Origin: Candidatus Micrarchaeota archaeon
GTDB lineage: Archaea; Micrarchaeota; Micrarchaeia; Anstonellales; J096
DNA: 64,000 nt
Reading direction: 5' to 3'
NCBI GenBank assembly: GCA_026982895.1
Contig: JALWQW010000030.1
Location: 14,115 to 78,114, forward strand
The position numbers and the translations under genes were made by a program. The number at the start of each line of letters is the position of its first letter. Position 1 is the first letter of the stretch. A model generated the notes under the pieces. The model saw nothing but the letters and a program-made list of their open reading frames with translations, ran no database searches and was not told the origin of the DNA. Below are positions 7,934 to 17,596 of the stretch, piece by piece.

Positions 7934-9844
7934 ATGGCAAGGTATAAAACGCTCCTGCAAGCTGAGAAACAGCTTAAGGAGAAGCTGGAAAAATATGGCT
8001 TTGAAGAGAGGAATATTCCGCTCATAAAAAAGCGCATGAAGCAGCTAAAATGGAATCCTGGCGTAGAGATTGATACGCTCAAGGTATTTAAGAGGAAAGA
8101 TGGCAGTAACTATTTCGTATTCGTGGGTGTAAAGAAGGGATTTCTCGGCATAGGGAATAAACTCGTAGTCACTTATTACAATCCACACTCACCAATATCC
8201 AGTTCTTATTACCCTAGACAAAAGGTTGTCAGAGTTAGAAAGATTAGTAACAAATTAAGCCAAAATATAGACAGCGCCATCAGAGAAATTGCATTCTTCG
8301 CCGCTCATAAACCGAAGGATGTGCTCTTTTTCTCTCCACACAACCACGCCGGCGAAATAACATTTGAAAGAAAAGACAGCAGTGTATATACAAAGAGGCT
8401 CATAGACTTCGAGCCCGAAAATAAATGGGAATTGCAGGTTATGGGTATGAATAGGCCTGTTGACGACGGCATGAGCCACCCATTAGGAATAATACTCTCA
8501 GGAGCTTTCTTTGGATTGGATACCTATGCATATACCCCACACAACTCATTCCCCTTGGGCGTCTATAAAGAGATGAAGAGCTATGCTGACGAGCTCGGCA
8601 TGGAGGTAGTTCCAGGCACTGAATTCACTATGCCATTATATGAATACAATGTCGTAGATATGAAGTTCCTAGCCAATGAAATGAATGAAAGACTTGAGAA
8701 AAAGGGCATAAAGAAGCGCATAACTGTCCCATACAAAGGAGGAAAATTCTTTTACACAAAGAACAGTCCAATGGATAGAATGCTCAAAGCCTATGAGAAG
8801 CTCACTGGCGAAAAATACGACGGCCAACTGCCTTTAAAGGAGGTAAATGGACCTCATACAATAGTGTTATATAAAGACGCTGCTATAGGTAAAGAAGTCG
8901 AAGACACAATATTGGCCAAGAAAAGCACAGCCCGATTCCCGCCGCTGGCAGCTGACGATGTCTTCTACAAAAATACTATAGCAGAGCTTAGGAAAAAATA
9001 TGGCGACAAAGTTCTGATAATAGCAGCCCATCCGTTCATAAGCCTATCTTTGCCACAAGCAACAGGTGTTGCCAGCTTGATAAAAGACGGCGATTTCAGC
9101 TTGAATGAATTAAAGGACATGCTACGCCCGCAAGAAGCGTTCGGCGGCGTACCTTATTTAGACGGCATCGTCGCCTTCAACGCATCCTTAACAGAAGGAG
9201 AGGCAAAGTTCAAGCCAAGGGATGTTTATGTGAGCTTAAAGGAGAAAATAAAAGGTGGCTGTAACGGCCTGGACGATTTCTGCAAATTCAGGGAGAAAAA
9301 CAGCAAAGAATTCGAAATGTATATGAACAAAGCCACAAAAAGAAAATTCAACAAGCAGACACATTATATAAATGCCATGAATATGGCATTGGCAAGTCAA
9401 ATTGCAAGAGACCTCTCAAAAGAAGGCATATATGTACCCAAAGCAGCTGGAAGCGATACGCATTGGTACTTTAAGAAGATATTTAAGGTAACAAAACCTG
9501 CAATGAATCACTTAGGCAGAGCATACACACTTGTAAAGGCTGAGAAGAATGATGTGGGCAGCATATTCGACGCAATGCGCGCTCATTACAGAGGAGAGAG
9601 AAATGCCATAGATTACTGGGCTTATGCTCACATAAACGACGAAGGGAAAATGGTCATCGATCCAAACAGAAAAGCAACTAAGAAGGAAAGCCAAGAATAC
9701 ACCTCTCGCTACATAGAAAATTATGTCCTGCACGGCTTCTTAAGCGGTCCTTTAGGCAAGGATGTGTTTAAGAGAGCATTCAGCAAAGTAAAGCACAGCC
9801 TTGGCAAGGTTTATTACATCTATAAAAAATACCTTAAAGGCTAA
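7934..9844 (+). CDS. hypothetical protein (636 aa), possible PHP-type phosphoesterase domain
   Basis: Ordered His/Asp/Glu motifs resemble a PHP fold: SPHNHAGE, VVPGTEFT, IIAAHPF, AAGSDTHW. The assignment is tentative. Confidence 0.4.
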   Translation: MARYKTLLQAEKQLKEKLEKYGFEERNIPLIKKRMKQLKWNPGVEIDTLKVFKRKDGSNYFVFVGVKKGFLGIGNKLVVTYYNPHSPISSSYYPRQKVVRVRKISNKLSQNIDSAIREIAFFAAHKPKDVLFFSPHNHAGEITFERKDSSVYTKRLIDFEPENKWELQVMGMNRPVDDGMSHPLGIILSGAFFGLDTYAYTPHNSFPLGVYKEMKSYADELGMEVVPGTEFTMPLYEYNVVDMKFLANEMNERLEKKGIKKRITVPYKGGKFFYTKNSPMDRMLKAYEKLTGEKYDGQLPLKEVNGPHTIVLYKDAAIGKEVEDTILAKKSTARFPPLAADDVFYKNTIAELRKKYGDKVLIIAAHPFISLSLPQATGVASLIKDGDFSLNELKDMLRPQEAFGGVPYLDGIVAFNASLTEGEAKFKPRDVYVSLKEKIKGGCNGLDDFCKFREKNSKEFEMYMNKATKRKFNKQTHYINAMNMALASQIARDLSKEGIYVPKAAGSDTHWYFKKIFKVTKPAMNHLGRAYTLVKAEKNDVGSIFDAMRAHYRGERNAIDYWAYAHINDEGKMVIDPNRKATKKESQEYTSRYIENYVLHGFLSGPLGKDVFKRAFSKVKHSLGKVYYIYKKYLKG

Positions 9845-9879
9845 TAGTATGGCAGATAAACTGGGAAGGGTTGTGTAGA

Positions 9880-10653
9880 TTAGGAGCTCTCAAGCAATTC
9901 CATTACTTTTTCATAAACCTCAGTATATATTGAAGGATGGGCAACCAAAATGAAGGGCTCGTCGTTGTAATTGAGAGGCTTAGCCTCTAATCCAGCTTCT
10001 CTCGCTATAAGCTCAGCAGCGCGGAAATCCCAAAGTTTTAGGCCATAGCCAATAAAGGCATCGAAGTAACCCTTAGCTACATAGCTAATTTCAAGGGCAG
10101 CACTGCCAAATTTTCTTATATCTGCGATGCGTTCTTTATAGTAGGCGAAAATTCTAACGGCCCTTCGCTTAATCTCGACAGAACGGCCATGGCAGAAGCC
10201 AAAAAACTGCTTTTCTTCAGGACGAGGTAGCGGCGCCTTGAATAGAGTGTTGTTAAAGAGAGCTCCATAATTTTTAGCAGCTGAAAAGAGCTCATCTAAT
10301 ATAGGATTATAAACAGCACCTGCTATAACCTCTCCCTTATGCTCAACGGCTATGGACACATTGAAAAAAGGAACATGTTTAGCGAAGTTGTTTGTGCCAT
10401 CGAGAGGGTCTATAACCCAGCGGTACTCCTTACCCACTACTTCCCCTTCCTCTTCGCCTATAATGGCATGATCAGGAAATAACGCCCTTATTTCATCCTT
10501 TATAAGCGCTTCGCTTTCCTTATCCACAGAAGTAACCAAGCTTGTATCCGCTTTACTTTCAACATCAAAATTGCCGAAGAAAGCCCTGCGTTGAATTCTG
10601 CCCGCTTTTACGGCTAAATCCTCTGCCACCTGCCTAAGAACCTTCGCATCCAT
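9880..10653 (-). CDS. suhB: inositol monophosphatase / fructose-1,6-bisphosphatase family protein
   Basis: IIGEEEG, WVIDPLDGTNNF and WDFRAAELIAREAG motifs of the IMPase family. Confidence 0.85.
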   Translation of the reverse strand: MDAKVLRQVAEDLAVKAGRIQRRAFFGNFDVESKADTSLVTSVDKESEALIKDEIRALFPDHAIIGEEEGEVVGKEYRWVIDPLDGTNNFAKHVPFFNVSIAVEHKGEVIAGAVYNPILDELFSAAKNYGALFNNTLFKAPLPRPEEKQFFGFCHGRSVEIKRRAVRIFAYYKERIADIRKFGSAALEISYVAKGYFDAFIGYGLKLWDFRAAELIAREAGLEAKPLNYNDEPFILVAHPSIYTEVYEKVMELLESS

Positions 10654-10673
10654 GAGTAAATGAGAGGTAAAGA

Positions 10674-10682
10674 GTTTTTAAC
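10674..10682. promoter_or_regulatory. single A/T box shared by divergent genes (starts 10653 and 10704)
   Basis: gtttttaac sits centrally in a 50-bp intergenic region, 22-29 nt from each ATG. Confidence 0.55.
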
Positions 10683-10703
10683 ACTTGCTTTCAAAAGACA
10701 GGG

Positions 10704-11582
10704 ATGCTAATTCTGTGGGATGTTGATGGCACAATGCGGCGAACAGGGAGGGCGCTTTACCGTGCTTTCAAAAAAGCAACGAAGCGGAGGAACCCATTCA
10801 AGCGCATAGAGGAGAGGGATTTTTATAAAGATGAAGATGCCTTCGGGAAGGTTATGGGAATAGCGCAACATTTATCATTGAGAAGAGTAGGTGCCTTTAA
10901 AGAGCTTCTATTAGGTTTGGAGATTATATACAGTTTATCAAGTATGGAATATGACATAAAAAAGGTCCTCACTCATCCAAATCCATTAAAAGAGAGCCTC
11001 GACCTTCTCGTTCTGCAAGAAGGGCAAGTAGCAAAAGCAAAACTCCCTTTATTTATATTGGAAATGATTCCCCCTCTTATGAAAGAATTCGCGGAATTAA
11101 AGGCAAGAGAATTCGCCATAGAAACAATAAATATGTTAGACGCAAAAGGATACGACCAAGGCATAATTACAGCATCCCCTGGACTGACGAGCCTATGGGT
11201 GGAGAGATTTGTTGAAAGGCCCTTGGGAAGGCAAATATTCAAAAGAGAATTGATCTTCGAGAGGCAACGTGACAAAAACAGAGCTTTTGGCAGGGCATTA
11301 TTCATTAAGCCATCATCACAAGTAATCTACATAGGCGATTGTGGAACAGACATAAGCGCATTTTTAACTGCCACAAAAGAATGGCGCTTTGAAGGAACAA
11401 TGTTTCTAGTAGAGAGCGAATTTACAATTAAGCCAGTGGTTGAGAGGATAATAAAAAACCAAAACATATTTAGATTAAATGAAAATTTACATATCCTTCC
11501 TAACCATATCCTCCCAGAAACTGGGAAGAGAATCCTTGAGATTGGGGAAGATGTCGAGAGCATCCTCCACGAACTCGTCTGA
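10704..11582 (+). CDS. HAD-superfamily hydrolase-like protein
   Basis: N-terminal motif I LILWDVDGT and a C-terminal motif YIGDCGTDISAF. The middle region is not recognised. Confidence 0.5.
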   Translation: MLILWDVDGTMRRTGRALYRAFKKATKRRNPFKRIEERDFYKDEDAFGKVMGIAQHLSLRRVGAFKELLLGLEIIYSLSSMEYDIKKVLTHPNPLKESLDLLVLQEGQVAKAKLPLFILEMIPPLMKEFAELKAREFAIETINMLDAKGYDQGIITASPGLTSLWVERFVERPLGRQIFKRELIFERQRDKNRAFGRALFIKPSSQVIYIGDCGTDISAFLTATKEWRFEGTMFLVESEFTIKPVVERIIKNQNIFRLNENLHILPNHILPETGKRILEIGEDVESILHELV

Positions 11583-12560
11583 AAGAAGGCGAGAAGCAAT
11601 TTGTGGATAGTATTCCAACAAAGACATAGCAGTATCTATGACTGTAGGCTTGCCATGAATAAGGGCTTGCTCAAGCAGGGGTTTGCCATTAACGTTCAAT
11701 GTCAAAAGGTTTTCAAGAGCCCTCCCCATATAATGGTGAAGAACAGGATCTGCCAATGGTAGGCCCAATTCACTATACATTTTAATATAGAGGACTCTCA
11801 TGAAAATTAAGCTCGTCGCCAATGTTTTGCCAATCATAGCTGGATTGGGATATTCAACTAAATCTTTGTAGAACACAGGGGCTAAGCTATCAAAGAAAAA
11901 TGGATAAGATTCTTCTGGTGTCTCCCATTCGATAACTCTTGCATTGAATAAAGCACTGTTTATATCACCATTTTTAAGCAAAGCTGCTAACTTACCGCTC
12001 GGCGTTATCATGTTCAAAGCATCATTTGTATATTTATGATAATCCACACTTTCCGCAACCTCAGCCAAAAATACTGCTAAAGGGTAGAGGTGGTTTTTTA
12101 TCAGAAGAGAAAGAAGTGTCTCCCCGTCAGCATCACGAGCATAAATCATTGTGCGCATCCAATTCTTCTGCTTTATCTCGTTGGCATCGCCGACTTTGCC
12201 ACTCGTGCTTATGAGCGTCTCCACAAATGAGGATATGAGCATATTTTCTAGAGTATCCCATTTTTTGAACACTTCCTTAGATATGTATCTGGATTCAATA
12301 GCACTGCCAACCTCCCGTATGTATTTTGAGTATATGGCTGGAAGTTCATTCACGCGGCTCATTACATGAAATGCGTCTGCATCTCTAGTGACAATCTTCA
12401 GTCTATTCAATTCATCACGAGAGATTAGTTCTTCCCTTGGATAGATGTCTGGATCTATATATTTCACACGAACGAATTCGTTGCTGTTTTTAGCTGTATC
12501 CTTAACACTAACCCTATTCTTACCTTTAAGCAAGCTCTTAATTTTGTTTTTGAAGCTCAT
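11487..12560 (-). CDS. hypothetical protein (357 aa)
   Basis: Long ORF. Its 3' end overlaps the convergent 10704..11582 ORF by 96 nt. No confident motif. Confidence 0.5.
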   Translation of the reverse strand: MSFKNKIKSLLKGKNRVSVKDTAKNSNEFVRVKYIDPDIYPREELISRDELNRLKIVTRDADAFHVMSRVNELPAIYSKYIREVGSAIESRYISKEVFKKWDTLENMLISSFVETLISTSGKVGDANEIKQKNWMRTMIYARDADGETLLSLLIKNHLYPLAVFLAEVAESVDYHKYTNDALNMITPSGKLAALLKNGDINSALFNARVIEWETPEESYPFFFDSLAPVFYKDLVEYPNPAMIGKTLATSLIFMRVLYIKMYSELGLPLADPVLHHYMGRALENLLTLNVNGKPLLEQALIHGKPTVIDTAMSLLEYYPQIASRLLSDEFVEDALDIFPNLKDSLPSFWEDMVRKDM

Positions 12561-12667
12561 AGCCGCTTATTATGTAGATATATGCTTATAAACCTAGCGA
12601 TTACAACAAAATAATAGTTTATAGGCCACTCATTAATACTTTATAAGCCACTCATCCACAGGGAGCA

Positions 12668-12677
12668 ATTTATAAAG
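12668..12677 (+). promoter_or_regulatory. TATA-like A/T box for glyS
   Basis: atttataaag, 22-31 nt upstream of ATG 12699. A second box, atttttaaag, follows at 12678-12687. Confidence 0.5.
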
Positions 12678-12698
12678 ATTTTTAAAGAAAAACCAGCC

Positions 12699-14183
12699 AT
12701 GGAACTCCACGAACGCGTATTTGAAATATCACTGACGAGGTTGATATTCTACCCTAGCAACGAGCCATATGGCGCGATAGCAGGCTTTTATGACTATGGG
12801 CCTATAGGCATCCGAATAAAACGCAACATAGAAAAACTATGGCGAGAGATATTTATAGAGAGCGAAGGACATTTAGAGGTCCAATCGACGATTGTTACGC
12901 CTGAATCTGTATTGGAAGCGAGCGGACATGTAGCAGAATTCACAGACCCAATTACAGAATGCCAGCAATGCCACTTTAAATTTAGGGCCGATAAATTGAT
13001 AGAGCAAAAATTCAACATGGAGTGGCAGGGAGATTGGAATGAATTGAAAGAGAAGTTAGCGGAGATGAAATGCCCTCGCTGTGGAGGCAAATTGGGCGAG
13101 CCATATAAAGTAAATCTGATGTTCAATACAGAAATAGGCTATGACGGCAATAAAGCATATTTAAGGCCAGAAACAGCTCAAGGAATATTCACAGCTTTTC
13201 CACGCCTTTTCAAGTTGGCGGGCGCTCAATTGCCTATGGCTGTTGGACAGATAGGGAAGAGCTTCCGCAACGAGATAAGCCCAAGGAGAGGCCTTGTGAG
13301 GCTCAGAGAATTCACACAAGCAGAGCTTGAGTATTTTATGGACCCAGAAAACCAAAAGCACTCTAAACTCAAAGATGTCGAGAACATTGAGTTTAACTTT
13401 AAGCATAGAGGAAGCAGTGAAGTTGTTAAGGAAACAGCTAAGAGTCTGGTTGAAAAAGGCGTTTGCAGCGAGGTCTTTGCATATTTCTTAGCCAAAGAGT
13501 GGATTTTCTTTAAGACCCTTGGCTTAAAAGAAGATAAGATGTGGCTCCGCCACTTAAGAGACGATGAAACACCCCATTATTCAGGTGGCAATGTAGATAT
13601 GGAGGTAGAAACAAGTTATGGTATTATTGAGATAGCAGGCAATGCATATAGGACAAATCACGATTTAGGCCAGCATTTCAAGAAAACCAATGACAAGGGT
13701 TTCAAAGTGAAGCTAGAGGGTAAGGATGAGCCAATAATTCCGCATGTCTTCGAGGTTTCCATTGGCATAGACAGGACACTCTTCGTTATGTTAGAACATA
13801 GCTTCGAAGAAAAGGGCAAAAAAGAAGAAGGCAAAAAGGGCTGGGCATGGTTCCGCTTCAGCACAGCAGTAGCCCCATACGACGCTCTTGTAGGACCACT
13901 GCTCAGCAACGATGAGAAGCTTGTCGAAAAAGCCAAGGTGGTGTTTGAGAAGCTTCGTATGGAGAGCCTAGATGTTTTATATAAAGAAAAAGGCAGTATA
14001 GGCAAGCGCTATGCAAAGGCAGATGAGATAGGCGTTCCCTATGCAATAACCATCGACCACCAAAGCTTGGAAGACAACACAGCAACTATTCGCTTTAGAG
14101 ACAGTGGAGAGCAAGAACGCGTAGCCATCGACGAGTTAGCAGAGAAGCTTAAAGAGTACATTGGCAAGGGAAGGACTGCCTGA
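12699..14183 (+). CDS. glyS: glycyl-tRNA synthetase (archaeal/eukaryal type)
   Basis: AGFYDYGPIG, RPETAQGIF, FRNEISPRRGLVRLREFTQAELEYF, a CxxC...CxxC insertion and a C-terminal anticodon-binding region (GKRYAKADEIGVPYAITID). Confidence 0.92.
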   Translation: MELHERVFEISLTRLIFYPSNEPYGAIAGFYDYGPIGIRIKRNIEKLWREIFIESEGHLEVQSTIVTPESVLEASGHVAEFTDPITECQQCHFKFRADKLIEQKFNMEWQGDWNELKEKLAEMKCPRCGGKLGEPYKVNLMFNTEIGYDGNKAYLRPETAQGIFTAFPRLFKLAGAQLPMAVGQIGKSFRNEISPRRGLVRLREFTQAELEYFMDPENQKHSKLKDVENIEFNFKHRGSSEVVKETAKSLVEKGVCSEVFAYFLAKEWIFFKTLGLKEDKMWLRHLRDDETPHYSGGNVDMEVETSYGIIEIAGNAYRTNHDLGQHFKKTNDKGFKVKLEGKDEPIIPHVFEVSIGIDRTLFVMLEHSFEEKGKKEEGKKGWAWFRFSTAVAPYDALVGPLLSNDEKLVEKAKVVFEKLRMESLDVLYKEKGSIGKRYAKADEIGVPYAITIDHQSLEDNTATIRFRDSGEQERVAIDELAEKLKEYIGKGRTA

Positions 14184-14198
14184 CTAGTGAAAAGAGTA

Positions 14199-14209
14199 TA
14201 TTTTTAAAC
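14199..14209 (+). promoter_or_regulatory. TATA-like A/T box for 14232..14738
   Basis: tatttttaaac, 23-33 nt upstream of the ATG. Confidence 0.55.
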
Positions 14210-14231
14210 ACTTTTATACACATATATTACT

Positions 14232-14738
14232 ATGACATCAAAAGATAATAAAAAGAAAATTTGGAAAGTTGCTAGAGACGTCTTAGCAGGCATCGCAACC
14301 GCATATGTTCTAGCTTTTGGGATTAAGTATGGTGCCTACCAAACAGTGGCTTATTATACTAACCACTCAGAAGGAAAAGCTGTGGCAGAAGTAGAAGGCA
14401 CAACCTATCGTTACCTCGAAGAAGTTAACGGCAAAGAGTTGCTCATCGAACGTAAAGTTTTCCCTATTTTTGAAGGAAACGAAAATATAATTGTAAGTGA
14501 AGATAAAGGTGATGGTCTTATACTTAAACGCTTTGAAAACGGAAAACTCTGGTTAAAAGAAGGCAAAAAACTCACACCGGAAGAAGCGAGGAAGTACAGT
14601 GTAATTATTAACAGATTAGACAAGAAACTCAGAGATAAGGGTCTAATCGTAAAAACTATTACTTTCAAGAAGACAAAAGAAAAAACGCGTGATTGGGAAG
14701 GCATAAGAGAAATAACAATCACCACCGATAAAAAATAA
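14232..14738 (+). CDS. hypothetical N-terminally membrane-anchored protein (168 aa)
   Basis: Single TM (VLAGIATAYVLAFGI). A/T box at 14199-14209, 23-33 nt upstream of the ATG. Confidence 0.5.
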   Translation: MTSKDNKKKIWKVARDVLAGIATAYVLAFGIKYGAYQTVAYYTNHSEGKAVAEVEGTTYRYLEEVNGKELLIERKVFPIFEGNENIIVSEDKGDGLILKRFENGKLWLKEGKKLTPEEARKYSVIINRLDKKLRDKGLIVKTITFKKTKEKTRDWEGIREITITTDKK

Positions 14739-14778
14739 TCTCTTTTATATTTATTTTCTGACTAGCCAATGCAGAGCT

Positions 14779-14788
14779 TCTTAAAAAC
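14779..14788 (+). promoter_or_regulatory. TATA-like A/T box for rnz
   Basis: tcttaaaaac, 22-30 nt upstream of ATG 14809. Confidence 0.5.
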
Positions 14789-14802
14789 CTTCCATTCTTA
14801 AA

Positions 14803-15687
14803 GTGGCTATGCTTGACATTCACATCCTCGGCTCAGCTGCTACAGTGCCAACGGCAAAGCGCTCGCTGCCGTGCATCTTATTGAAATGGAAAGGCGAGCC
14901 CATATTATTCGACGCAGGTGAATGCTGCCAACGACAGATGATGAAGGCAAAGGTCCATTATGGAAGGATACGAAAAGCATTCATAAGCCACCTCCATATA
15001 GATCATTTCCTGGGGCTCATTGGCCTCTTAGAAACGCTCAATCTCCTCGTGGAATTCGATGAAGGAGAAAAATTCAATATATACGCTCCAAAGGGCTTCT
15101 CTCGCTTCTTCATAAACCCTAAACCCTTTACGCAACTGGAAGAAATAACAAAACCAACCAAGTGGGACTTCGCCGACTACACCATCGAAGCTTTCACTGT
15201 AAAGCATTGGGACAATGCCTATGGTTTCATATTCGAGCAGAAGCCCTACAGGAAGCTTTACAAAGATAAAATAAAGGGCTTAAATAAAGATGAGATTATA
15301 GAATTGGTTAAAAAAGGCAAAGTAGGCAATACACGCTTAGAAGATGTAAGTTATATTCAAAGGGGCATAAAGGTCGTTTATACAGGTGACACAGCCTATT
15401 TCGACGGATTGAAGGAAAAAATGGAAGGAGCTGATGTTGTAATAGCCGACAGCACATTTGATGAAAGCCTGGAGGAAGAGGCGCATTACAGGCAGCACAT
15501 GACTGTAAAAGAAATAAGCCAAGCAGCCCAAGAAAGCAATGTAAAAATGCTTATATTAACGCACATAAGCGCGCGTTATCCCGAGAGTGACTTGTTAGAA
15601 GAACAGGCGAAGAAGCACTTTAAAGGAAAAATTTATGTAGCAGAAGATTTATTGAAAGTGACAATAGACAAGCCTTTAAACCTTTAA
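14803..15687 (+). CDS. rnz: ribonuclease Z (tRNA 3' endonuclease, metallo-beta-lactamase fold)
   Basis: LGSAATVPT..R, the HLHIDH motif and C-terminal LTHISARY. The ORF-track start at 14803 is GTG. ATG at 14809 (MLDIHILG) lies 22-28 nt from the A/T box and is the likely start. Confidence 0.85.
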   Translation: MAMLDIHILGSAATVPTAKRSLPCILLKWKGEPILFDAGECCQRQMMKAKVHYGRIRKAFISHLHIDHFLGLIGLLETLNLLVEFDEGEKFNIYAPKGFSRFFINPKPFTQLEEITKPTKWDFADYTIEAFTVKHWDNAYGFIFEQKPYRKLYKDKIKGLNKDEIIELVKKGKVGNTRLEDVSYIQRGIKVVYTGDTAYFDGLKEKMEGADVVIADSTFDESLEEEAHYRQHMTVKEISQAAQESNVKMLILTHISARYPESDLLEEQAKKHFKGKIYVAEDLLKVTIDKPLNL

Positions 15688-15702
15688 GGCCAAAAAGCCC
15701 CT

Positions 15703-16578
15703 GTGCATGTAGGTATAGTTATTTTCAAAAAGCTGAGCGAATATGCTAAAGAGATAGACGAAGTGCCTTACATTTACTATGAAGATGCTCTCGACAGGCT
15801 GAAATACGCGTTAAAAGCTGGAACGATACCAATACCAAAAGGCAGAGAATTAAAGGAAAAGGAATTCGCCCTCACATTCATGGCCGAACGCTCTCTTCTA
15901 GCAAACGCAAACCATCCTTATTTAACAAACCGTGTAGCCATAGCCTACGCAAAGAGCATAGCAAACACTCTAACAACAAAGGAGCTTATGGAAATTGCAG
16001 AACTTTTGGGGATAAATATAAAGGGTGATAAAATTCATGTTGGTGATTTCTTGAGATATTCGCCCAACAGTAAAGATTACAGTTTATATTATTTCGAAGT
16101 GCATAATGGATATGTCAAGCTAAATGAGCAAAAGCTTCGCCGCATTATAGAAGAGGTTATAAAGAAAAAATTATCGACGCAGCCGAAAGGAAAGGACGAA
16201 CGCATAAAAGATATGGTAAAGGAGTTGTTGGAGGCAATACCTAAAAAGAAAGTAACAGTCCATACAGGAGAAATGGCGCCATGCATGAAAGAGCTTTTGA
16301 ACAGGCTTAGACGGCATGAAAACCTAAGCCATTACGCGAGGTGGAGCCTAGCAGTTTATCTTATAAATAGAGGTGTTAGCGTCGATGATATTGTAAAGCT
16401 ATATTCAGCTTTACCTGATTACAAAGAAGAGATAACACGCTACCAAGTCGAGCACATAAAGAAAAAGGCATATACAACCCCTTCATGTCTAAAAATGAAA
16501 ACCTATGGACTGTGCGTCGCTGAATGCGGCATAAAAAACCCTATGGAGTATGGAAAGCATGGAAAGCATAATAGATGA
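15703..16578 (+). CDS. priL: DNA primase large subunit PriL (short form, 291 aa)
   Basis: C-terminal Fe-S region with APCMKELLNRLRRHENLSHYARWSLAVYL and PSCLKMKTYGLCVAEC. GTG start, with an A/T box at 15673-15682. Confidence 0.8.
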   Translation: MHVGIVIFKKLSEYAKEIDEVPYIYYEDALDRLKYALKAGTIPIPKGRELKEKEFALTFMAERSLLANANHPYLTNRVAIAYAKSIANTLTTKELMEIAELLGINIKGDKIHVGDFLRYSPNSKDYSLYYFEVHNGYVKLNEQKLRRIIEEVIKKKLSTQPKGKDERIKDMVKELLEAIPKKKVTVHTGEMAPCMKELLNRLRRHENLSHYARWSLAVYLINRGVSVDDIVKLYSALPDYKEEITRYQVEHIKKKAYTTPSCLKMKTYGLCVAECGIKNPMEYGKHGKHNR

Positions 16579-17596
16579 GCTCTTTAGCAATTATTATAGG
16601 CGAGCTAAGATATTCATACCACGCATAGAGGAGAGAGAATTTGGCATAGGGTATGATAAAAAAATAGAACGGCGACATCTGTCTTTTTTTACAGAAGAAG
16701 CCCTGAGGAAATTTCTAGTGGAGGAAGTGCCTAGATATATAAGCTACTCCATAGCATACTATGACAAACCTGCTGCTGAGATGAAAAATAAAGGCTGGAA
16801 AGGCGCAGATTTAGTATTCGATTTAGATGCTGAAGAAGGCAGTTTATCTTCACTCAAAGAAATTCAAAGGCAGGCTGCCGAATTGTACGATATTCTTAAA
16901 GGAGAATTCGGCATTAAAAAAGCCCTCCGCGTCTTTTCAGGCAATAAAGGTTTTCATATCCATGTGTACGATGAGGAATTTAGAGAGCTCGGCAGCGAAG
17001 AACGCCGGAGAATCGTTGAATATGTTTCAGGAAAAGGCTTCGACTATACACACCTCTTCTCTAAAAGAGAAGGTGGTATGATTAGGGGTCCAAAACCCAG
17101 CGAAGGAGGTTATAGAGGAAGGTTCGCCAGAAAAGCCATTGAATTAGCAAGAGAGCAAAAAAGCCCGCTCTATAATTTCAAAAGCCCATCTGAGAGAGAG
17201 GCTTTCATAAAAGGCGTAGAGGAAGGTATTTGGAGCAAAATAAGGGCTAAAAACCCTATTGAACGCTTTGGTGTCGTCGTTGAGCATTTAGGCGTTGCTG
17301 GCATAGATGTAGATGGTGCCGTAACTTATGACATCAAACGCCTTATTAGAATGCCCAATAGCCTCCATGGAAGCACAGGTTTTAGAGTTCTCCCATTGAA
17401 AAGCTTTGATGATTTTGATGTCGAAAAGGCAGTGGCCTTCTCCGATGAGCCTGTGGATGTTATATTAAAAGAAGATGTGAAGGGTGTGGAGTTATTAAAT
17501 TGGAAAGAAGATGGAAAGAAGGGGGAGAAAAAGAAGGTCCCCTTGTATATAGCTGTGTTTTTGGCATTAAAAAGAAAAGCAATTATTTCTTCTTAG
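16550..17596 (+). CDS. priS: DNA primase small (catalytic) subunit PriS
   Basis: DLVFDLDAEE, FSGNKGFHIHV and RLIRMPNSLHGSTG catalytic motifs. Overlaps the priL 3' end by 29 nt. Confidence 0.88.
   Translation: MESMESIIDELFSNYYRRAKIFIPRIEEREFGIGYDKKIERRHLSFFTEEALRKFLVEEVPRYISYSIAYYDKPAAEMKNKGWKGADLVFDLDAEEGSLSSLKEIQRQAAELYDILKGEFGIKKALRVFSGNKGFHIHVYDEEFRELGSEERRRIVEYVSGKGFDYTHLFSKREGGMIRGPKPSEGGYRGRFARKAIELAREQKSPLYNFKSPSEREAFIKGVEEGIWSKIRAKNPIERFGVVVEHLGVAGIDVDGAVTYDIKRLIRMPNSLHGSTGFRVLPLKSFDDFDVEKAVAFSDEPVDVILKEDVKGVELLNWKEDGKKGEKKKVPLYIAVFLALKRKAIISS

Noticed and set aside
16551-16568. 9-bp tandem duplication tggaaagca x2 at the priL/priS junction as a regulatory repeat
   Set aside because: It has only two copies, lies within coding sequence of both genes, and most simply is a small duplication giving MESMES. 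It is mentioned under the primase finding only.
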